Part shown: positions 9,089 to 14,717 of the stretch, in pieces | How positions within the stretch are numbered: position 1 is the stretch's first letter | How the letters are laid out: each line of letters starts with the position of its first letter | Virus record (IMG/VR): IMGVR_UViG_3300035670_000116 | Length of the DNA stretch: 24,644 bases | Source of the DNA: an uncultured virus (IMG/VR IMGVR_UViG_3300035670_000116) | Taxonomy: Duplodnaviria; Heunggongvirae; Uroviricota; Caudoviricetes | Direction: 5' to 3' (one strand) | The notes under the pieces: model-generated | Seen by the model: the letters and a program-made list of their open reading frames with translations, nothing else | Told to the model about the DNA's origin: nothing | Database searches by the model: none | Made by a program: the position numbers and the translations under genes

Positions 9089-10204
9089 ATGACTATAAAG
9101 TTTATTGATGCGGCAAAATTCTTTAAGGATTTACCACATCAAGTAGAAGCATGGGAGTGGTTGCAAACCGCAGTCACTCCTGATGTTTTAGAGCAGTTTG
9201 CAATTAAATATCGCAACGAAAAAAAAGAAGAGTTTCCCAATACTTGGGATGGGGTTATCGCTGCTGCTAAAAAAGCAGGTGCCAAATTTCCAGAATGTGT
9301 TGCAGCGCAGTGGTATCTAGAAAGTACGCAAGGGAAACACACAGCTTGCACTCATAATTACTTTGGCATCAAGTCAAAAGATGGCGAAGGTTGTTTTGTT
9401 GAAACCAAAGAAGTTGTTGGTGGAAAAGAAATAACAATCAAAGATTGGTTTAAACGTTTCCCCGATCTTTACAGCTGTGTTGATTACCTGGTGAGTCGCT
9501 GGTATAAGGATTTTAATGGGTACAAGGGAGTCAATCGTGCCGCTAGTCGGAATGAGTGTGCCCAACTGCTGCAAAAAGAAGGTTATGCAACAGATCCTTC
9601 CTACAGCACAAAATTAATCCAGATCATGGATCGAGAATTAAAAACTCTCGACGCCAATCAACCGGGTGCGGTATTACAAAAGGTATTGCCTGTCCCTTAC
9701 GAGTACCAGCTGGATAACCAATCTGGCACTGGTTACAGGGAGTGTTTTTCATCGACGTGTGCCATGATCTGCCGCTATTACGGCAAGGTCAAAAATGATG
9801 ATGAATACAACAAAATTCGTGCAAAATACGGTGATACCACCAACCGCAACGCACAGCTCCAGGCCATGAGGGAGCTGGGACTTAATGCCCGATTTATTAC
9901 CAATGGAAATAGCGCATTGCTAGAAAATGAAATTCGCAATGGCAGGCCGGTTGCTGTTGGTTGGTTGCACAAAGGAAACGTAACTTATCCAACTGGTGGT
10001 GGACATTGGACTTGCTGCATTGGGTTCACACCAGATTCCTTTATATTCCACGATCCCAACGGGGAAGCTGATATGGTGAATGGCGGTTATGTCAGCAATG
10101 ACCGCAAGGCAGGTACGGCGGTTCAGTACAGCAAGAAAAATTGGTTACGGCGTTGGGAATGCGACGGAAAAAACACAGGCTGGGCAATTCTCGTAAGCAA
10201 GTGA
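9089..10204 (+). CDS. Endolysin: GH73 glucosaminidase domain plus C-terminal C39-like cysteine peptidase
   Basis: GH73 motifs AAQWYLES, HNYFGIK and GYATDPSYSTKL. Peptidase motifs YQLDN, ECFSSTCAM (Cys), GGGHW (His) and HDP (Asp). Confidence 0.85.
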   Translation: MTIKFIDAAKFFKDLPHQVEAWEWLQTAVTPDVLEQFAIKYRNEKKEEFPNTWDGVIAAAKKAGAKFPECVAAQWYLESTQGKHTACTHNYFGIKSKDGEGCFVETKEVVGGKEITIKDWFKRFPDLYSCVDYLVSRWYKDFNGYKGVNRAASRNECAQLLQKEGYATDPSYSTKLIQIMDRELKTLDANQPGAVLQKVLPVPYEYQLDNQSGTGYRECFSSTCAMICRYYGKVKNDDEYNKIRAKYGDTTNRNAQLQAMRELGLNARFITNGNSALLENEIRNGRPVAVGWLHKGNVTYPTGGGHWTCCIGFTPDSFIFHDPNGEADMVNGGYVSNDRKAGTAVQYSKKNWLRRWECDGKNTGWAILVSK

Positions 10205-10362
10205 AGAAGTACAAAGAACCGTATATCCGGGTCAATATTTGCTGGGAAGTTGGAGACGAAAGAAAATGCGCCACCCTAGACAAGAGTGACGCATATGCAA
10301 CCCGTGAATGGGTAGAAAAAAATGATGGGGTCGTGTACTGGTTCCAGGCTTTACCTGATTGA
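10201..10362 (+). CDS. Small hypothetical protein (53 aa)
   Basis: GTG start overlaps the endolysin stop (GTGA). This is the C-terminal part of the 10141..10362 track ORF. Confidence 0.6.
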   Translation: MKKYKEPYIRVNICWEVGDERKCATLDKSDAYATREWVEKNDGVVYWFQALPD

Positions 10363-10527
10363 TCAGCGTTGCTTGGCGCGACCGATCACCAGAGCACAGA
10401 TCTCGATTAACTTGTAGAGCTTGCCGACAAGCTTGTCATCCTTTGGCGTAGGAGTCAAAGCAACAATGGCAGAGCATGCCGCATGAATGGCAAGCGCAAC
10501 TTCCAGGTACTTGTTGAGGTGTTCCAT
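10363..10527 (-). CDS. Small membrane protein, TPTPKDD family (putative holin-like)
   Basis: Hand-translated: MEHLNKYLEVALAIHAACSAIVALTPTPKDDKLVGKLYKLIEICALVIGRAKQR (54 aa). Hydrophobic helix, TPTPKDD turn, amphipathic helix, basic tail. TAGAAT lies about 20 nt upstream. Confidence 0.75.
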   Translation of the reverse strand: MEHLNKYLEVALAIHAACSAIVALTPTPKDDKLVGKLYKLIEICALVIGRAKQR

Positions 10528-10545
10528 GGGTATATCCCGTTTTCT

Positions 10546-11037
10546 TTATTCTAAATCGTGTGGTTTATAGATATAAAAAGATTTTGTTTCTTCATCAATA
10601 GCGTACAGAAGATTTGGATGATGGCGGTTAATCCATTTCTTCCAGATCACCATCTGACGTTCTGCTTCTGCTGATTCGCAGTAAAACATAACCATATCCC
10701 CTGGAGGAAGTACATCCAGCCATACGTACAGCTGCCGAAGAGCAATGGCATGACCAGAATTTCCCCCCAGCCCTGTCAGGTTGTTATCTAACTTTTGAAC
10801 GCGCTTTCTTTTGGTGCGGCGCATCAACCAATCGTTAATCTGTCGCCGGCTTTTGCCAACGGCTAAACTGGCCATCCACGCGTAGTTTTTCCCAATACAT
10901 ATCCATGGAATCAAACGGGTCACCGCTATCGCACCGTTCTTTAGACGCAGTGTTGTCACCAGCTTCTTTCGTTTGATTCGCTTGCATTTTTTCTTTTTAA
11001 TTAAGGAAGTAAAAGTTAGTTGTCGTAAATCCGACAC
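10546..11037 (-). CDS. Hypothetical basic protein (up to 163 aa, start uncertain)
   Basis: Long ORF whose only early in-frame starts are GTG (11037 and about 10959). Confidence 0.65.
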   Translation of the reverse strand: MSDLRQLTFTSLIKKKKCKRIKRKKLVTTLRLKNGAIAVTRLIPWICIGKNYAWMASLAVGKSRRQINDWLMRRTKRKRVQKLDNNLTGLGGNSGHAIALRQLYVWLDVLPPGDMVMFYCESAEAERQMVIWKKWINRHHPNLLYAIDEETKSFYIYKPHDLE

Positions 11038-11153
11038 TGGACCGCACCAGGATTTTCTTCACAATAGCGATGAAACTTTTCCGTTGGTGACGGGTAATAG
11101 ATCCGACAGCGCTTAAAGAGCTTGCAGATAATCCAGTTGTAGAAACCCATCAT
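11016..11153 (-). CDS. Minimal CP12-like peptide (45 aa)
   Basis: Hand-translated: MMGFYNWIICKLFKRCRIYYPSPTEKFHRYCEENPGAVQCRIYDN. The C-terminus matches the CP12 motif F/YxxYCxxNPxAxECRIYD. ATGA overlap with the upstream stop at 11150-11153. Confidence 0.8.
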   Translation of the reverse strand: MMGFYNWIICKLFKRCRIYYPSPTEKFHRYCEENPGAVQCRIYDN

Positions 11154-12073
11154 GGCCTGTTAGTTAAAGTAACAAAAATCTCTGGGAACTTTTCGTCTGG
11201 ATGATGTTGTTCGCTCCAAGCTTCTTTCCATTCTGACAGGGTATGGTCATGAACAGTATTGATAAATTCAGGATCTCCAAACTCAAGTAAGAAGAAGTTG
11301 TCATCAGCCAAAGCTGCACCACTACCCTGCGGGCTGCCAATTAACCACTCAGATCCGTTAAGGATTTCTACTGTCACACCAGGGTTGATGATGCATTCGG
11401 TATCAGTAAAACCGTTTGGCTTCCCTGGGACCGTTGAAATTTGAGTGTCAACAGTAATGGGAGAGTTGTACGTGACGGTTGTAACGTCATCAATGGTTGT
11501 TTCCTGGAGGTAGAGGGTGAAGTCCTCTAGGGCAAGCAAGTATTCAACTTCAGCAAACTCAACGATTACGCCAACGTTGTAATCAAGGCGTTCGTTGCGA
11601 GTTGTAGAAACACATAAGAGATAGCTACCAGCCTGCAGGGGATAGTAACGGTCATCCCCGCGATCCAGTCGGAGTCTGGAATAGGTGTTATACAAATCCG
11701 ACTGGGTACTCATTGCGGTATCCAAGTACGGAAAGTATGCCTCTTCCGTTGTCAGGCTGGTTCCCTGACGAATTGAATCTTCTTGGAAGATTGGCAGACC
11801 AACAATCGGTGTTTGATTGAGGTCATACATTGATGTTTGTATGTAGTTTGGGCGAGGCCCATCCTTAACAACAATGATCCATCCCGGTTGACCTAAATTG
11901 ATTTGAAACCAGTGGTTATATGTACCGCCGCCATAGCCATTCAGGCCAACCTGGTTCAAAGGTCCAAGAGTTCCCTTCAGGTAACGCAAAGACAGCTGAG
12001 AAAAATATCCCAGGTCAAGAGGGTTTTCTTTTGTTCTTTGACGTTGGCCTGTTTGATTTGAATTCCTAGACAC
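11150..12073 (-). CDS. Hypothetical, possibly virion-associated protein with a beta-sandwich (PPC-like) domain (307 aa)
   Basis: WFQINL...LQAGSYLLCVS resembles PPC-like domains. Contains an INPGVTVEILNGSEWLI module similar to the fibre C-terminus. Confidence 0.6.
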   Translation of the reverse strand: MSRNSNQTGQRQRTKENPLDLGYFSQLSLRYLKGTLGPLNQVGLNGYGGGTYNHWFQINLGQPGWIIVVKDGPRPNYIQTSMYDLNQTPIVGLPIFQEDSIRQGTSLTTEEAYFPYLDTAMSTQSDLYNTYSRLRLDRGDDRYYPLQAGSYLLCVSTTRNERLDYNVGVIVEFAEVEYLLALEDFTLYLQETTIDDVTTVTYNSPITVDTQISTVPGKPNGFTDTECIINPGVTVEILNGSEWLIGSPQGSGAALADDNFFLLEFGDPEFINTVHDHTLSEWKEAWSEQHHPDEKFPEIFVTLTNRP

Positions 12074-12091
12074 TTCTATACAACAACCCTT

Positions 12092-12784
12092 TTACTCATT
12101 GTACTCGGGCCGTTCTTTCACGTATTCAGGATGAGTGATAACATTCTTGTACTCCTTTTCAATCACTGGTCTAATACCAGACTCACGTTGAGACTGACGG
12201 TTGAAGAGCATTAGCTTCTCAGCTTTGAAGTCAACCTCCAGTGGAGTCACGCTCGCCGGCGGATAACTGCGGTTGAAGCTGGAAACCATATGCAAGGGGT
12301 TGGCGCACTTCGGGTTACTGCACAGGCGCGTCACCACCAGGCTTCCCACGTCCCCCCACGCACACTGGTAAATCGCCTTGTGGACGTTGACGTTCTCGGA
12401 CTTGTTTCTGCTGTACCCAGACCTGTAGGACGGAAGACACACTCTCTTTGGGGTACTGCCACCAGGGGATTCCATCTCCCAACACTCGTCAGGAAAGCTG
12501 ATCCGAATCTTTTTCCACAGCTTGGCGTACTTGTGTTTGTAGTCGACGTGCAAGTAGTTGATGTCAAAGCCGCACACGTTGCTCAAAATCTTCTTCGCGC
12601 ACTCGTAACACCAGTGTCCTTCTGAGTCTCGAATGAGATGACCGTGAGGGCATGCGAAGCCCCGGTAGTAGCCCAGCTTGTTGAGCTGCTCCTCTTCCAG
12701 GTTCTCGATCCCGCTGACGTGCCGGAAGTTGGGCTGCCCGAACTCCTTCTCGATCTGCTGGAGCTTCTTGACCACGCTTGCCAT
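12092..12784 (-). CDS. Zn-finger / His-Me (HNH-like) homing-endonuclease-fold protein, probably catalytically inactive
   Basis: N-terminal CPHGH...CYEC ribbon, ECW, VHKAIY and RLCSNPKCANPLHM (CxNxxCxNPxH Zn loop). Arg sits where the catalytic His of HxC normally is. Confidence 0.7.
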   Translation of the reverse strand: MASVVKKLQQIEKEFGQPNFRHVSGIENLEEEQLNKLGYYRGFACPHGHLIRDSEGHWCYECAKKILSNVCGFDINYLHVDYKHKYAKLWKKIRISFPDECWEMESPGGSTPKRVCLPSYRSGYSRNKSENVNVHKAIYQCAWGDVGSLVVTRLCSNPKCANPLHMVSSFNRSYPPASVTPLEVDFKAEKLMLFNRQSQRESGIRPVIEKEYKNVITHPEYVKERPEYNE

Positions 12785-12837
12785 GGGTACACACGGTGAC
12801 TCATGACATTCTAGGGGGTCATTTTGTAAGGGTCGAC

Positions 12838-12956
12838 TGCAGACTTGCAGACTTTGACCCCTTTTTTACCTTTATATAAGCTACATAACACTCTCATTCA
12901 AAGTGTAATGTACGTCACGTAAGGGTTAAAACACCCCCAAAGTCTGCATCTCTGCA
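12838..12956. other. Dyad-symmetric element with inverted tandem TGCAGA iterons and an AT-rich core (putative replication origin)
   Basis: Three arm pairs share one axis at 12897: 12838-12856/12938-12956 (17/19 complementary), 12863-12874/12920-12931 (10/12) and 12882-12892/12902-12912 (10/11). The origin function is inference. Confidence 0.65.
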
Positions 12957-13020
12957 CCGACATTTGAGTCTCAGACTGGGATTTCAGTACATCCGTACTT
13001 TCGTGCCGCACCAACGCACG

Positions 13021-13046
13021 AAAAAAGCCCCTGCCGAAGCAGAGGC
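13021..13046 (-). terminator. Rho-independent terminator of the replication operon
   Basis: The minus strand reads GCCTCTGC-TTCG-GCAGGGGC-TTTTTT (8-bp stem with one G-U pair, cUUCGg loop, U6), about 30 nt after the glycosyltransferase stop. Confidence 0.9.
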
Positions 13047-13075
13047 CTTCTCCCACAGGATTCACCCGCAGCAGC

Positions 13076-14332
13076 TTAGGCCGGAACCAGCTCCCGCTCC
13101 TTCTTCTTCGCTTTCTTTTTCGGTTCCACCAGCGCCTCAGCCTCCATCACAGGGTTGAGCACCTCCTGGAACACTCCATCGAATTGAGCAGCGATTGTGG
13201 CCCATGCAAACTGCTCGTCAGTCGCCCGCAGGTAACAGAGTTCAGCGACGGCATCGAGCTTCTCGCGGTCCTCGTACAGCTCGTTGAGGATCTCCGTCAT
13301 GTGCTTGGCGGAGGGGCAGGGCATCTCACGGGCGAAGTTGGTGTCCACATCAACGTGATCACAGCGGATCAGTTTGCCGTAACCCTCAAAAATCTCCTTG
13401 CAGGACGTATGATCCGGCACCACCTGGGCCACACGGCAGGCAGCATGCTCGAAGTTGACAAGGCCCCAGCCTTCACCCTTGCAGGTATTGACGCCCACAT
13501 CAGCAGCCTGATAAATCGTTTCCAGCATGTCCACCGGTACGGACGGCGGGTTAGGAGTGTTGGCGGTCATGATGATGCGACCGTTGGGATCGAGCCCCCT
13601 CTTCTGCATCTCCCGAGCGAAGACAGCCATCACATCCCAGCCCTGGTCCTTAGTACCCATGTGCAGGTACAGGTGGGCATCCGGCTTATCGACAGCGAAA
13701 TCAGCGAAGGCGTCAATCGTGATGTCGATCCGTTTGCGGAATTGGTTCCTGTTCCCGTTGAAGACGATGAATGCGTCCTCCTTAATACCCAGCTTTTTGC
13801 GAGCTGCAATCTTGTCACCAGGCTTGAACTGACCTGGCGTCACCCCATGGGGAATGACAGTGATGGGCTTCTGGACCCCACCTTTAATGAATTCGTGCGC
13901 CCCAAATTCCGTGTAGGACACCACTGCGTCCCAGTTATTGGCGGTATCGGAGAGGGCACCAACCCAGTTGTAGGAGTCCATGGGCATGTAACCCACGAAC
14001 TTGAAGCCCAGTTGCTTGTGGAGATCAGCGATCTGGGCGTACTGGGTGTTGATTATCCAGCAGTCGTTGATCGTGAAGACCACGTCAGGCTTCTCGATCT
14101 GGACAATCTCCCGAATCCGTTCCTCACCAAAAGGAGCCTGCTGGAACCGGTTGGATGCCGGGTAGATCTTGTACTCCTGCTGCATGGGATCTGGGTCGCC
14201 ATGCCAGTTGCAGCCCAGGATTACAATCTCGTACTTATCTTTCAACAACTCAATGACGTTGTGCGTTACACGCGCAAAACCGGTGGTGGCAATTACGTCA
14301 CCAACCCACAAAAGCTTTGGTTTTTTTGTCAC
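13076..14332 (-). CDS. GT-B fold glycosyltransferase (GT4-like)
   Basis: TTGFARV N-terminal loop, VIPHGV, NRNQFRKRID, IYQAADV and EGWGLVNFEHAAC (ExFGLxxxEA-type motif). GTG start at 14332 preferred over the track start 14365. Confidence 0.9.
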   Translation of the reverse strand: MTKKPKLLWVGDVIATTGFARVTHNVIELLKDKYEIVILGCNWHGDPDPMQQEYKIYPASNRFQQAPFGEERIREIVQIEKPDVVFTINDCWIINTQYAQIADLHKQLGFKFVGYMPMDSYNWVGALSDTANNWDAVVSYTEFGAHEFIKGGVQKPITVIPHGVTPGQFKPGDKIAARKKLGIKEDAFIVFNGNRNQFRKRIDITIDAFADFAVDKPDAHLYLHMGTKDQGWDVMAVFAREMQKRGLDPNGRIIMTANTPNPPSVPVDMLETIYQAADVGVNTCKGEGWGLVNFEHAACRVAQVVPDHTSCKEIFEGYGKLIRCDHVDVDTNFAREMPCPSAKHMTEILNELYEDREKLDAVAELCYLRATDEQFAWATIAAQFDGVFQEVLNPVMEAEALVEPKKKAKKKERELVPA

Positions 14333-14357
14333 GGAAAATCGGATTATTCTCGATTTA

Positions 14358-14717
14358 CTATACACAAACTGACGGAGTAATAGAACGGGTTAATTCCCGC
14401 TCCTCCGATGTCTGCGCCTTAAGTTTGTACTTCAGAAACTCAGCAGCCTTGTGGGTGTTGGTCGTGTCGCCACAGGTGTAGAGGTCAATGGCGGCATAGC
14501 CCATCTCTGGCCAGGTATGAATTGAGGCGTGGGATTCAGCCAGCAGTGCCAGTAGGGTCACGCCTTGGGGTTCAAACTTCTCTCCAAAGATCCTGAGGAT
14601 CGTGGCTTTGGACATCAGAAGAGCAGCCTCAAGCCACTCCTCCAGCAGGTCATAGTTATCCAAGATCTCTGGATCGCAGTCATACAAATCCAGAATTAGG
14701 TGACGCCCATTAGACAT
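14358..14717 (-). CDS. speD: S-adenosylmethionine decarboxylase proenzyme (pyruvoyl-dependent)
   Basis: GRHLILDLYDC, FEPQGVT, LLAESHASIHTWPE (E-S self-cleavage site) and YAAIDLYTCG. Confidence 0.93.
   Translation of the reverse strand: MSNGRHLILDLYDCDPEILDNYDLLEEWLEAALLMSKATILRIFGEKFEPQGVTLLALLAESHASIHTWPEMGYAAIDLYTCGDTTNTHKAAEFLKYKLKAQTSEERELTRSITPSVCV

Noticed and set aside
12999..13023. Hairpin tttcgtgc-N9-gcacgaaa overlapping the terminator U-tract, considered as an antiterminator or small RNA
   Set aside because: On the minus-strand transcript it lies 3' of the termination point, so it cannot pre-empt the terminator. There is no other support for an RNA gene.
13184..14380. 398-aa plus-strand ORF antisense to the glycosyltransferase
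   Set aside because: It mirrors a gene with strong G/C third-position bias, which suppresses antisense stops. It has no motifs, so it is treated as a shadow ORF.
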